Shown here piece after piece: positions 12,281 through 26,524 of a stretch of 64,000 nt of DNA (position 1 is its first letter; the number at the start of each line of letters is the position of its first letter). Position numbers and translations under genes: made by a program. The notes beneath the pieces were generated by a model that saw only the letters and a list, made by a program, of their open reading frames with translations, was not told the DNA's origin and did not search any database. Origin of the DNA: Podarcis tiliguerta (taxonomy: Eukaryota); the NCBI GenBank assembly GCA_965153285.1, contig OZ229111.1. The stretch is one strand, 5' to 3'.

Positions 12281-14319
12281 ATTTTCTTAGGCCTCTGCTT
12301 CTGCACAGCCAGTTTAGTTTAAAAAGTTGCTGCCTATTATTATTACTATTATTTAAATCACCATCACATTATGGCAGGAAGGAGAAGCAACCTGTGTCAA
12401 GGAAGCCCATGACCTTTGCATAGCTAAGAGCCACTGTCTGTGTATTATTTGGTACACCATGTAATCTTAAGGAATATGCAACATGCCTCCCCCTTGGCTC
12501 TGCAAGGATTACATCTCGCCGGCAGTGGGAGTGACTAAAAGCTTACTGGAGAAAGATACGCCTGAATGGAGCGAATAATCAGAGAGCTTTTTCCGTCCAA
12601 AGCTCACTGACATTTGTCTCTCATAGCGTTTCGCTGGGGCAGAGCCCCTCTAACCTCATGCCATCAACAGGGACTGCAGGACAGTGAAATAAAAAGGCTG
12701 CTTCCCTGCTCATTTAGATCAAGCTGCCACTGACACAGCAGGGCTTCCCAAAAAATGTCTGTCAGTCTGGGAAAGAACCATTCAACGACAGCTTTGGTGG
12801 GAAGGCAATCCCTTGTGAGTAAGAATCAAGTATCCATGCCCTGCACAATTGCTATGCATTCATATGGAACTCTACTCATCCTGGGCAATGGACAGCAGTC
12901 GGTATTACAAAACCAAACCAAAACCACAGAGGCTTTTTTTTGGCACCTAATTCATGTGAGACTATAAATCCTTTGAATCAAGGGCTTTTGTTACAATGAA
13001 CTGGTTAAACTGCGTTTATGTTTTATTGTTTTGAGACAGCTAAATACTGTCTTCCAGTGCTGAATATCAACATGATCATGGACTTATTTCTGAAATTATC
13101 CAGGTCCATCACAATGTATTGCTCAGCTGCTCTCACTGTGCCGTGAAAACAGGCTTCCGCTGTTCTTTACAAACATAATTAAGAAATGAATTGGAGGTTG
13201 AGGGAGCTACAGATTGGACACCCATAAATTAAGCCTAAAAACAGGCATTGATTAACTTCTCAGCCCTTATTACACTTTCTCTGCTGCATAAATGGAGATG
13301 TAAGCATGCATGCGCGCACACGGTCATTAAACTCTTAAGTGCATTCAAGGAAATGCTTGTGCAATTCAACCTTCCAATATTATGGAATTTTGATTATTAT
13401 TTTATTATAATAAATAATGGAATCTCACTAACGGGTACATGTATATCTCCATCTGAACAGGAGTGACAACACCAGCAGCATAAGGGGCCCATTTGTAAGA
13501 GACAAAATGCCAGAGCTTTGTGCTTGAGCACTGCTATTTCATTTGGCAGCACAGCCCTGAGCCTCCAAATGGAAGAAAAGGTATGTTGAATCAAGCACCA
13601 TACATAGCAACTTGGCTGCACACCACCTTGTTCCAAAATGGACTCTTAATTGTAGACATGTTCAAGGCAGCTTATCCAAAACTGAAGTAAACTCAAAGTG
13701 AAGGACAGCACTTTCAGAAAATCAGGTACTCTGCCCCTCCTTGGGAGAAATGGTAGCAACAACATCACGAATGTCTCCTCAGAAGAAAGCTGCAATGAGT
13801 TTGATGGGACTTACACCCAGGTAAGTGCAGAAAAGATTGCAAGATAAAATGTCCAGGAAGCCATAATTGCGTAGGCTTCAGGTAACTACACAGATCACCC
13901 AAACTCTAATATGTGGCAGCAGACGGTACATTAAGAATGATTTCCCCCCATCTTGCTAACAAATGACCGTATAAATATTTTATTTTATCTAACATGGTCG
14001 TAGCTCATTTTTCCAGTTCCCACGGCAGCTTCTATAAAAGAATTTTTTAAAAAACTAAAAAGAGAGAGCATAAGGGTAAAACAACAATAAAAAACAAAAC
14101 AAAAACCTGTTCTTTATCTAGACTCCTACCTAACAGGCAAGACAACAACCCTGAGACTGTATTCATATTCTAAAGTGCTCCATGGCATACTCTTTAACAC
14201 ATGCATTGAGACAGCTATCCGCAATGAGACAAAATAGGCATCAACCAGGCAAATGCCCCTAACCAGCTGGCAATGCTAGTCTACACATTTGCATTTAATC
14301 AGCCTTCCTTCCTTCCTTC

Positions 14320-14561
14320 CAGTGGTACCTCGTGTTGCGAACCGTCCCTCTTACGAATTCTTTGGGTTACGTGCTCCGCTAACCCGGAAGTAGATGCCCC
14401 TTGTTGCGAACTTTGCCCTGGGATGCGAGCGGAAATTGCGCTCCGGCGGCGTGGCAGCAGCAGGAGGCACCATTAGGGAAAGAGTGCCTCATGTTACGAG
14501 CGGTTTCTGGTTACGAACGGACCTCCGGAATGGATTAAGTTTGCACCCGGAGGTACCACTG
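14320..14561 (+). mobile_element. Tc1/mariner (pogo/Tigger-like) MITE, copy 1, 242 bp
   Basis: TIRs CAGTGGTACCTC ... GAGGTACCACTG. Right flank is TA; left flank is TC at the end of a (CCTT)n tract. Internally similar to copies 2 and 3. Strand is arbitrary. Confidence 0.88.
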
Positions 14562-17500
14562 TACTTTTGGGTTGCAGGTACACCAGCAATGAAACACTTT
14601 TCTCCTCCAAAGCTATAGTTTCATTGTTGCTGCTGACAATGGGAACAATTTTAAATTAACTTTGCTTTTATTATGTTCTGCACCAACAGGTAAGTGGGAG
14701 CATGACAGTAAAGGTGAGATGGATGCTCCCCAAGACACGAATTTCATCTGCGTACAACACTGTCAAAACAGTTTATTGTAATAAAAAGAGTCATTGTGAG
14801 CACGTTTTTTAAAATGTCAACATTTTGTTGTACTGATTAGGAAAGGCAGAATCACCAAACAAGTTGTTGTGAAGACAGAACATGAATGAAAGATAGAAGC
14901 CTTAATGATGCTGGAAAGGTTTTCAATTTGATGATTCATTTGAACAATGTATTCACATATTGGTTTCTGAGGCAGAAGTGTTAGGCATATAACCTTCAAT
15001 TAGTTATAAATGCAAACAGACTTCACAAGCCTATTTCCCCCCTAGTCAACACTGTCTCATATAATGCAGTTCAGACTTGAAAGGCTGGGTCCCTCCTACA
15101 GTTTCGGCTACATTCACGTAAGCAAAGCTAAACCACATTAAGTACATCTGTAGGGGATGTTTGGGCATAATTACCACACCACTGTACTGTTCACACTTGC
15201 AGAGCTGTGTTGTAGACAAGTTTTGAAAGCTCCAAGATCTTTAGAAACAACTTTTCCCAAGGTACCATTGTGACCTCTACTGAAAGCAAAGACCTGCATC
15301 TTTGCAGTGCTCTCAATGCATTCAGTATGCAGTTGCTCTAGAGCTCTAGACACCTTCTCCACAGCAGGTTCATGGATGGTGTAATTTCTACAGATAACTG
15401 ATGCCTTTACTTTTAGAAGTCATATAGTTATCATATTATTTCAGATGTATGTATGTTTCAGTACTTGAACCTAAAGACATTTGTGAGAGAAAAGCATGTC
15501 CGTTTCCATGGGGGTTCCCTCCATTATTTCCACATCTTACCACACTCAGCATCACTCTGGAGGGTCTTCTAATTCTCAATAACATTTTTAAAGTCCCCCC
15601 CAGGGGTCTACACTGGGAAGGGGGAGATGAGAAAGCCCTGAACTATGAGCAGATGTTCACCCACACATCCAACTCGAGAATTTTATTATCTAAACTTTTT
15701 TTATACGTCACCAGTCCTCATGACCAAGGAAGGCTATTTAAAGACCTAAAGCAACTATACAATGACCACTATACAATATAGGAGTACTTTTGGCTATGCT
15801 AGGGTAATCTTTCCCATATCAAAATGCAACCAGGGCAGTACCCTGTCACTCATTAATTTACAGCACAAATGGCTCTTGTGCATTGCCTGGTACTGATTCT
15901 CCCACCAAGTGCATACAACTACCTTTTAAAAGAACACACACCTGGCACCTATGGCCATTTTGCTAACAAATAAACATCCCTTCCAGTAGGCACCTATATC
16001 CTTTGTTTTATAAAAATTAAAACTGCCTCTTGGACCCCTGGAGATAAGTTCTGCTGGCAGGCACTCAGTCTGACTCTTGAAACTCTTTGTGCCAGTACCA
16101 CCTGCGGATGCACTACTGTGGTGTATCACAAGTCTGCCATCACAAGTTCAAGCATGCATGAACACACCTGAACCTACTGTCTTGAGAAATACTGTATCAC
16201 CTATGTGGTTGGAAGGTCATCTCTGGTGCTGCTGAGTGGGGAAAATGTTTCCCTGAACTGCAGAGTTTCATGGTTAGAGTTACATTTCAAGGTCCAGTGT
16301 GTTTTTCCTGCTTTTCCTCCATGGTTTTCAGATAGGAAATGTTTATATTTGAAATACTGAAACACTTGCAGATTTTGTGGGGCCTGAAGCACATATGTAT
16401 TCTTTATTTTCATTTATATTTTGATGTATCTAAAGTTGCTCTCTCCCCTTTACATAGAGACTGTACTGTGATATATGCAAAGTCACATTAGTTTATGCTG
16501 GGTGCGGGGTGGGGTTTGTGTAAAGTTAAAACTTTTGATGGAGAAGGCTTCCCCTTTATTTATTTTCAGCTTTGTGGTGGTAGTGTGAACATGTGTGCAC
16601 AATGGGGGGAAATAAAATAAAGCAAAATCCACTTGAGTAAATGTGCTTTGAAAAGACATGCAGAGTATCTGCAAACCAATACAAACAACATAATCAGTAC
16701 AACAAATTGATAATACAATACATCTACTTATGCCAAGAACCAGGAAGAAGCAACCAAACACGATAGAAAAACATGGGCAGATCTTAACTCTGAGCAAAAG
16801 AACGAGTCATTAACTAGAGGTGGAGCAACACTAACCATGACATGGTTCAAACCTAGCCATCATCATCTTTACTTTCCCACAATTCCCATGTGGTAGGTTG
16901 GCATTAGCCTGTCTTCACACACAGATGTATCTGCTTGCCTCCACAAGGTTTGGACTAACTTGAAAATTACAATGAAGGCAGCATTCATAACAAATTAAGG
17001 CGTCACCACAAATAATCAAATCCTGGCAATTCCTCAGTGCTGAAAGCACACAGCAACTTGCTCAGCACATCTTTTGAGGCAGTTATATTTACATCTGGAG
17101 TAATGCAAACCACATTTACTAGTATTTTCAGAAGGGATGAATAATCTAGTAATAAAAATAATAAAAGTGAAACTAAATCTGGAAGAAATATGCCTCATAC
17201 CAGTAGCAGTTTTGTGGAAGGTTTTTTGTTTGTTTGTTTTGAAGAAAAATAAACAAAAACCTGAAGCCCATAAACTAACTCTTGTTATAGGCACATAGTG
17301 TCAGAATTACAACAGATCAACAGCCCATCTGTGTGTGACCACCAGCCAGCCATTCAACAAATAGACCCAAAGCTTTAAATCAAAACCGTTGTAAAATTGC
17401 ACATTATGTAATCATTTAATGAAGCTGTATGTGGTGCTTGTCACCTACAAGACGCTTAAACACAGATAGAGAAAAATATGTTTTTACATTCAATTACTGG

Positions 17501-20500
17501 TTTTAATCAGAAATTTCCTTCTTGTCTAATGAGATATATCTTCTAATTAAAAGGGAGCAAAAAAGCTATAAGAACAAGGATTACAGATTTATTGCCAAAG
17601 CTACCTTTTCTTCCTTGATGGGGGACACAGAGGCAATATCAATTACAGCCTTTAAAAGCAGGAAAGCTGGTGTCGCACTTTTTGTCACCATCTTTCCCTG
17701 GCTTTCAAGCGCTTATGAACAATCAGGAAAACTGATGATGGGATCTGCTCTCGCAAAGACACAGAATTACATTAACCAACAGTGTAATGAAGTAAAAGGG
17801 CACTCATTTAAGCAAACAAAGTGGGCATTACATGAGGAAGAAAAAATACTAATATGCATATTCACTTATTTCCTCACTCGCTCATGCAAAAAGGTTCATG
17901 ACTCATGAAAAAGACTGGAGGCTGTTTGGTTTGAAAATTGAAATGCAAAACTAAATTACAGCTTTAATTGAGAACTCCGGCTTCCTCCCATCAATCCAGG
18001 GCATTGGGAGAAGGAGTTCCTCTCGGCCACTCATGCCTAAAGCCTGAGAGATGGTGCTGCCCTTGGAGGGAGGGACAAAAATGAGAAATCCTGTCAACTC
18101 TTTCCCATGAATTATTTAACTCTCTCTCTATGTTAGAAATAAATCAATTAGGGCTATGCCTGCTCTTGGACATCTAGAGTTGTATTAATCTTCTCAACAT
18201 AGTAGTTGGTGCCAGGGCAAGAAGGGCAAGATGCAGCAGAAAGCCCTCAATGCAAGTTCTTCGCAGAATACTGAGCATCTCAGCTATAATATTTGGCTTC
18301 AAGCCAGCAGGCAATAGTAAGGCAAATAAAGAACCCTAAATCTGCCATTGTTGTAATCTGTACAGACTTTTGAGTTTCCAATGTATTAAATGAAGAATTA
18401 TTAAGATCCTCAGGCATTAGAGGTAAAACACACTTATAAAACTGATAGAGATTGAGGACAACTCGAAAAAGTATCTCAAGCAACTCTTTCCCCCTTTGAT
18501 TTCTCTTTTAGGACAATGTTCTCCTTCTTTCATTGTTCTTTACCATCAACTATTTCATGCTGGCTGCAAATATTCATAACCACATGAAAAAAAATATTTT
18601 GGAATATATTTTTGGTTAGAGTTCAATCAGACCTGACACTGCAGGAAAAAGATGTCCTAGGCAGCCTTTGGAATACCTGAAAGTTAGTGTGTGGATATAT
18701 AATTTTGAAAACTGCTTGGGTGGCAGGGAGGGGGCAGGGGTAATGAGGAAATTCAGAAGAATATCCCTCTAAACTATGTCTACATAACTATCTCTAAATA
18801 ACTACGTCTAAAATGCTTTTGCTAAAAATTTTAAGCTGAGTTGTAAACTCCCGAAATAGTACAAACATGCAACAAAGATATTGATAATTGCGTACATCCT
18901 TCTAGCTGAGAAGGGGGCTACTTCTACCAAGTGGTAAAGTGGAGCTCCTAAAACTCCATAGGGACGTAATAAATGGCTCCATGCTTAAAAGCACTTAAGT
19001 AAGGAATTTTGACGGTCATCATAATATTTTATCTCCTGATAAAAGGATTTAACAACCAATTGTCTGAAAAGGCAGAGATGTCTTTGATGTGTGCAGGCTT
19101 AGAAAAGAAGCACTCTTGAGCTGCTAATATCTCTTTTTGTCTACATGGCAATCCAGACTCATCAAGAATAACTTGAAGGTGGTCTTGATTGATCTTGATT
19201 GTTTGAGAGAGATGGAGCATGGACAGTAGGCCGAATATCCCAACACAATGGTGCATTTCTGTTAACTAGCAGACAATTCATGGATGGCACATAACAATAA
19301 GCCAAATATGACTTAGCATGAAATAGCACATGTGCAGACTACCCAAGAGGATATTGTGGTAGCTTTACTCCTTCCCAGTCATCCGTCTGCTGTGCTGAGA
19401 TAAGGAATGTCTAATGTATAGACATGTTTAGCAGGCATGTTTAAAAATTGTCTAGTATACTAATGATATAGCATCTTAAAAATAATCTGGCTAGAGAAAA
19501 ATTATTAATTTAACAAAGGATACTAAACTCAACACTCAAATCTCTTAAATCAGATTTCTGACATAAAGTATTATAAATAAATCATTATGTATTATATTGG
19601 TTATTGTACAAATAGTTAACCTGTGTTTCAGCAGCCTATCAGTATGCATGTTTTTCAGGAAATACATTCATCAAAAACCTAGAATCTTTTTTTAAAAAAA
19701 ACAAACCCACACAATTATTTAAATAACCTTGATTTTTTTTTTAAGTGATCCAATCTGAATGAAAAGGTTTGGAGAAGCAAACTGTCCCTTGGAGCCTCGA
19801 GATGGCATTTCTACTCCAAGCTATGTTACTTCAGTTGCCAGCAAGTCTACTTATTTGCAAAGGAATAAATATTGGCTGTGGTAAAATATCACATAGCTGC
19901 GTGAATTCACTTTTTTCGAAGCAAGAAAAGAGCTCAATGCATGGCACCCCAGCTTTGCTGTCAACAGAGAGTATAGAAGCTGTTGTTTGAAAATGTAATT
20001 GACACTGTATTTTAACCAAATTGGAGGCAATTAGCTTTCCCAGATCCTAACCAATGTGAGTTGCAGATGTTCCATCTCCTCTGCCCAGAATTAGTGACTT
20101 GAGCAGCACTATAAACAAATCAGCTAGGTTTAAAGTAGTCACTTTGTTTTCTGAAAACAGACCGGTCTATTTTTCATGCTTACATTATTCAGTGCTGGAC
20201 CAATACATTCTCACGAATTTTTTTTATTAGGATTGTGAGTGAGCATAAGACTACAAAGAAATTTAAGGATTGGAATGATAGAACAGAAAGAACTGCTCTT
20301 CTAATCTGTACACCGACATTAGCTTTCAATCCTACACCCCTCCCAAAAGCTATCACTAGAACCTATGCTACTGTATAAGGAAGCCCCAGTTCACACATGT
20401 GTGAGGTGAAAGTGTGGTGGGAATAGTAGCCTGAGGACCTTCCCTCCCCAGTACAGATAGTGTGCAGTGAACCAACCCCTTGGGCAAACTGTCAATTGTG

Positions 20501-20739
20501 TGATATTCCTCCTTGAAAAAGCAAGGGAAGAATCATATGAACTAGGTCTGAGTGCAGCTCAGAGCAAACCATTCTCCAAGTGTGCAATCCTTACGTAGTC
20601 AAAATACAGACCTATTGCATCTGTATGGTAGAAGGAAAGTGCTTCTTCTACTTTATCTCAATGTTGGCTGAAAGTATGATCCAAGGCTAAAAGACACCAT
20701 CACAACCCATTTTACTTAAAGCTGAGTTTGATTGCATTA

Positions 20740-20964
20740 CAGTGGTACCTCGGGTTAAGTACTTAATTTGTTCCGGAGGTCCGTTCTTAACCTGAAGCAC
20801 CACTTTAGCTAATGGGGCCTCCTGCTGCTGCCACGCCGCCGGAGAACAATTTCTGTTCTCATCCTGAAGCAAAGTTCTTAACCTGAAGCACTATTTCTGG
20901 GTTAGCAGAGTCTGTAACCTGAAGCGTATGTAACCTGAAGCATATGTAACCTGAGGTACCACTG
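20740..20964 (-). mobile_element. Tc1/mariner (pogo/Tigger-like) MITE, copy 2, 225 bp
   Basis: TA|CAGTGGTACCTCGGGTTA ... TAACCTGAGGTACCACTG|TA, with internal repeats of TAACCTGAAGC. Reverse orientation relative to copies 1 and 3. Confidence 0.93.
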
Positions 20965-23900
20965 TACTGTATTGAAATAAGATCTGAGTGCAAATGGTTC
21001 TGAAGTTTCTCAGAAGGTCAATTTTACTTCACCCCTTTTGTGTCAAAAGGAAGTTTCCCCTCCCTGCCAAAAGGATTCCTTGGGGTAGGGTGGGGGGAGT
21101 CTGCCAAAGGCCAATTCTCTTCCCCCTCAGGCCCCAGGCTGCATGCTGCTTTCTGCTGCCAAGGATATTCTCTGGCAGCATGCATATGCCAGCCTTATCT
21201 TCATTCATTATTACTAACCTAACATCCTACATATACTATTTGCAAATACATACTCTGACTGCCTATCCTTATGTGGCCAAAATGGTACCATCCATACACA
21301 TGAGGGAAATTACAGTGGGAAGACCAAGACTTGCAGAAGTACACATTGTGGGGTTTATTTTTTAAATGAAAAAAACCTCCCCGAATCGGGGTGAGGGAGA
21401 CGATCTCTAAAATAGGCCGATGGTAACTGAGTGTACTTAGGAAGTAAAAAATGCTGACTTGACTGCTGGAGAGAGAGAGAAAAATGAGGGTGAATGGAAA
21501 AATCATAGCTGCTTGGCTGAAACAAGGAACAGAAGCACTTCACCAAGAAAGTGTATAGCAGGGCCCACTTGTTACTGTAACATTATAATATTCAAAGCTG
21601 CCCATCATCTGTTTTAAATGTATAAAAATACCAATACATTATTGTTTTGGGTTTGAATGCTTCTTTCTGCTTCCCAATAGTTTTGCTTCCTCTGCTACCC
21701 TTTTCCATTTAGGTTCTAATAGTGTCTGCATACAGCACACTAACTTTTGAAGCCAAAGGCTGGCCTATCATCATCTTCAGGCTGCAGACCCTCTTAAAAT
21801 CTTATGCAGAAAACCTTGAACTGAGCAGGCCATTAGAAATTCATAATGAAGACAAATGAGCAAATAAGTTAAAACCCAAATTCCACTGCACGGACAGGAA
21901 AAGGCCCAGGGTCCCCTTTCAGCAGGATTTATAGCACAATATTCACTGTGACTTTATCAAGAAGATTCCAATAAAATGTGTGAGAGGGCTCTTTGTGTAT
22001 CTTAGCCTCTGGAATGCAAACTGTGCAGCAACGGCTATTCTAGCAATGCCTAATTAAAGTGTAAGCTCTGGTATCTGACTTGCCAAGTTGATAATGTGTA
22101 AGCTGTCCCTTGTTTAAAGGCCTTATAAACTCAACCATTTATAGAAGAAATGCACTTTTTACGTGACTTACTGTAAACAGAACTCAAGGTGCAAGCCATT
22201 TACTATCCCTGGCAGTTCGGTAATGGACTTGCTGAGTGGTGTCATTTCTGAAACTACTTGGCACATGTTGAATAACGGGGCTGCTGTGGTTAAGTAAGAT
22301 AAGGCCCCACTATTAAAAACAGAACTGAGTGCTAGGGAGTTGGATTGTCTTAAAACAAAATGTACAAACACAAATCTGAATAAATTTGACAGACTCCATA
22401 AGGGCTAAACACTGAGAAAATGGCAGGCTTATCCCAGAGACAAGATGTATTGCTTCACAAGGCAGGGTGGATATATTCTTTATAAAAAATAATCTGGTAG
22501 CCCATAAGAAACATCACTCTTGATGTGTTTTTCCCACTATTAGTTACACTCTGCTTTTAGATATACACCTCTGCAGTAGCAACACACCTACATTCTCATC
22601 TGAACAATGCATATAGGCAGATTTATATGGGCAGCTATGAACAAGGGCAGAAATAAAGACAATGTTCAAATGAGACAGCTTATCCTAGTTGCTTATCCCT
22701 ATTTCCTTGGCTCTAGTCTTCAGTTCTTCTTGGAGGCTCCCAAAACCCACTTATAGGATATATCCTGGGGATGTTGCAGGCAACAGTCTTTCTTGTCACT
22801 CAGAATTCTCCCCGGTGCTGAAAACACAGACAGTTCATCTGAAGTGTTTCACTATCCCTAGGAGGACCTCCTGGTGACAAATTGTCACATACTGCATTTA
22901 AAAAACAGCTCAACCATCTGGGTGGAAGGTTTGCCTCTGTAATTATTAGGACTTGACTTTCTGGAAAGCTGAATTCTTTAGTGACTGTGTTTCAGCAATA
23001 AAAGTGGGCAGTGTGTTTTGCTGAAAATCCTACGGAACTATATAGTAATCTAAGCTAACAAGTATAAATGAAATGTTCTGCCAGTACTCTGTGCCTTTCT
23101 ACTCCCGTACACTTTCACCACAGATGTATGTTCATCCTGATTAGATTTGCAAGGGGCTTGGATATCAAGGCCACTGGGTATTTGCATGCCTACCATACTA
23201 GCTAATCATTTTGGTTCTGTGCCACAACAGACTATACTTCCCCATGGCTAGTTCAGAAGAAAAGGAAGTTGTCTGCCATTATTTCTTTTTTTTAAAGAAA
23301 AAAATGGAATTGGCATAAATGGTGCATCCCCAAAGGTCTGTTCATATTGGAGGTCATAATCAGAAGGATTATAGTATACAATTGCTGTACTCCTTCAAAC
23401 GAACTGGGCCCTACCTCCTACTGCGCAGCTGACACAGGAGGCTAAGACAACTCCATTAGGAGTGCATATCGCTACTCAGCAGTGGTCCTCAGAAGCAGAT
23501 GGAGGGCTATTTACTCAAATGCACCATGACTCCTGGCTTATACATGAGCATCTGGGATGTTTCCTAACGTGATGTGATGCACAATGCACTCAAATTTATC
23601 AACTGTCCCACATGCAATTAAAGGCCCTGATAAATAATTCCATGGCAAAGGCCTCACAGCTGAATTGAAAAGCAGCAAGGCGTGAGGGGTCAAATGTTTC
23701 CGCGGGATTTCTATTTAACAAACAGAACTGCTTATAAAGGAATGTCTCTACTGCGCTGCTGCAGAGTTTTTTCACACAGCACAACCTACTGAAACAGGGA
23801 GCTGAGTAGCTGGCAACTACTGCCGTCTCCATTTAAAGTGCAATAATTTTGTATCTTGCATGGAGAATCAAAGAAATACACAAACAAACACAAATCCACA

Positions 23901-24559
23901 CCCAGCCACACACATGTATCTTAAAAACAGTTATCAGGTTCTGTTTATGAACATAAAACAGGAACTCTCATTGACCATAAAGGATGTAATCAACACTATG
24001 TGTGGATACATAGCTACTGCCATTCCTATTCCCTTTGGGAAAGCAAGATAGTAAGCATTACAGCAATCCATTAGTTCATCCTTTGATGTGGGTTTTATTC
24101 TCTTTAAACTGTGTTCTAGCCTTAAGGATTTTTCCTTCATTGCCTGTAAATATAGCTATCTGAAGCAGGGGAGTGAATAAGCGTCCTGCTGCTTAAAATG
24201 CAAGGGCAACATTTTCACGAGTAATTGGACATGTCAAAATATAAAACAGCCTTATTAAAATTTCTTGTTTACAACACTCAGGCAATGCCAGCTTCCCACT
24301 CTTCAGAGGAAATGCATGGAAGAAAAGGAACTCAGCAGGAAAGAACACACTTGTTTTCATACAGTTACATTAAAAGTTGCATACCTCCAGGATAAACATT
24401 ATTTGAAAAGAACACTGCCGTGGTGTCGCTTTAGAACTATGTTGTTTTCAAACGGGAACATCTCTTCCTCCCCACATCACGTTAAACAAAAGCATTTGCA
24501 ACTTCAGTTCTGAGCCAGTTATCCAGTAACAATTTTTTTAAGAAACCAGTAATATTTGA

Positions 24560-24740
24560 AACGTAAGAAGCTCCATCATATTGAATCAGAACACTGGTCC
24601 TTGTTGCTCAGTAATGTCCACACTGACCAGTGGCTCTCTAAGATTTCAGACAATAGTATCTTCAAGCCCTACCTTTAGATGCTGGGGATTGAACTTGGAA
24701 CCTTTTGCATGCAAAGAAGAACTCTACTGCTCTACCGCTC
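24560..24740 (-). mobile_element. tRNA-derived SINE (Squam3-like), inverted
   Basis: GGGGATTGAACTTGGAACCTTTTGCATGCAAAG is the reverse complement of the head seen at about 50290-50330; the tail GTAAGAAGCT lies at the left end. Confidence 0.7.
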
Positions 24741-26126
24741 TACTACAGTCTTTTGCGAATTCACATGCATTTAAGAACTCAGCTCAAGGGCATCCCTTCA
24801 GTGTCCTGCAGAGTACTCCACCAACAGACTTTTCTATTCCTCCAGGTCTATGCAGGCAATTAAGAGTACACCCTTCCACAATGGTTAATTGAGATATGTT
24901 TTTAACTTTTTGATGGCTTTATTGTATTATTGCACTGTTTTGTTTTTATAGCTGTAAACCACTTAAAAACACAATTATTATTAAATATTTTCTTGGGTTA
25001 CAAAAGTAAGTGCATTGTCTCTATTTTGAGGTCATAAAGTCTTTTCTACTGATAATTTGCTGTAAACCACTTTAATATTTTTCATGCTATAGCAATATAC
25101 AATTTTTAAAATATATAAATAAGACTAAATTTGGGGGAGTTCATTCTGCCAGTGATGTCAGTTCCACTGGCAGGCAAAAAATATCAGATTTTACCATTAA
25201 TTGTTATTTTCTTGTTGAATTGTTCTTCTATCCTGAAGGAGCTTCCTATAAGTGCCTAATATAGCAAATGAAACCAATGCAGATCATGAAACAAAATGAA
25301 GAGCAACAACTAAGCTTTCCTAGTTTTTGGATAGTATGAGAGTCAGTTTAAGATGATAACCTTCAACCTAACATGGTTTAGAGCACTGGTCCCTTATTAA
25401 GTGTGAAAAGGCTCAGATTATATTATAACAAAATGCACAAAAATGTAATACATCATAATTTAACTACAAATAAGGGCTTCTGTTACGGTTAGAATGTAGG
25501 GTGTGCATCTTTCGAAAACGTCTGATTTGAGAAAGTTTTAACTTTTGTTATTGCCAAATAAGTCAAAATATAACAACAAAGGAATCAAGTTGTTGGTTTT
25601 CCCCCAACAGGAATTTTAAAGTGTGTGACAGGTGAAAGGAGACATAGAGGCATGTTGAAATGATGGATAGGTGCAAAGGAGAATGCTGTGTTTACTCTGA
25701 TTTCTTTTACCATCATCAAGTCAGCTTTCTGACTGTGGGGCAGGAGCTGCCCTGTCCTCCTGGCCTGGGCACTGCCATCTGCTCTGCTCCTGGATCTGAT
25801 GGGCAGGGTAGGGGAGAAGGTGGTACCTATAGGGAGTGCAAGACAGGCAGAACTGCCACCACCACCGTGAAGTTGCTGCTATTCTATACAGTCAGAATCT
25901 GCAGAGGCAGTCCTTGTAAAACTATGTTTTAAGAACAGTAACTTTAAGAACTTCCTTTATTTAAAAGCATTGATAAATTGCTTAATAGTTTTTAAATCTC
26001 TTAATTTTTATTTGACCTTGCTTTGCTGTCTACCCTCTCATTCCTCGTTTCCTTGTGTGGAGCAGGGCCTTAGTAGTGATTTTTTTAAAAAAAATCACAT
26101 AATACTAAAAAGTCTTCAAGTGATAT

Positions 26127-26128
26127 TC

Positions 26129-26159
<31 letters not shown>

Positions 26160-26180
26160 CTCTCTCTCTCTCTCTCTCTC
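26127..26180. repeat. Compound (TC)n/(TTTC)n microsatellite
   Basis: 54-bp pure pyrimidine tract, read directly. Confidence 0.93.
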
Positions 26181-26379
26181 ATATACAATAAAACATGTTA
26201 TAACAATGAGCAGTCTCAGTGCAGTAACATTTATAAAAACACACAGTAAAGCCCGGATTGAAGAACTGCAGCATCAGTATCATAAAGCTGTCCGGAACGA
26301 CTGGAATGAATAAAAACATTTTTATCTACTGCATAATTAGAGTGAAGTTGGTGCCAGGCATGCCTTTCTTTTATCATGG

Positions 26380-26512
26380 AGAGTTTTCTAGAGAAGGGAG
26401 TTACTATAGAGAAGGCCTGTGTCTGTCTTTCATATGGGAAGAGGTGGCCCTTGAGGTAGTAGGGTCATGGGCTGCATAGGGCTTTGTAAGGTCAAAAGAA
26501 ACACTTTAAATT
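26380..26512 (-). mobile_element. Old L2-like fragment directly left of the CR1
   Basis: CATATGGGAAGAGGTGGCCCTTGAGGTAG...TAGGGCTTTGTAAGGTCAAAAGAAACACTTTAAAT resembles antisense L2 ORF2 sequence. Confidence 0.45.
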
Positions 26513-26524
26513 AAACACTCATTT

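Noticed and set aside
20860-20960. Regularly spaced TAACCTGAAGC repeats as a CRISPR-like array
   Set aside because: The repeats are about 11 bp with tiny irregular spacers, internal to a MITE, in a eukaryote with no cas genes.
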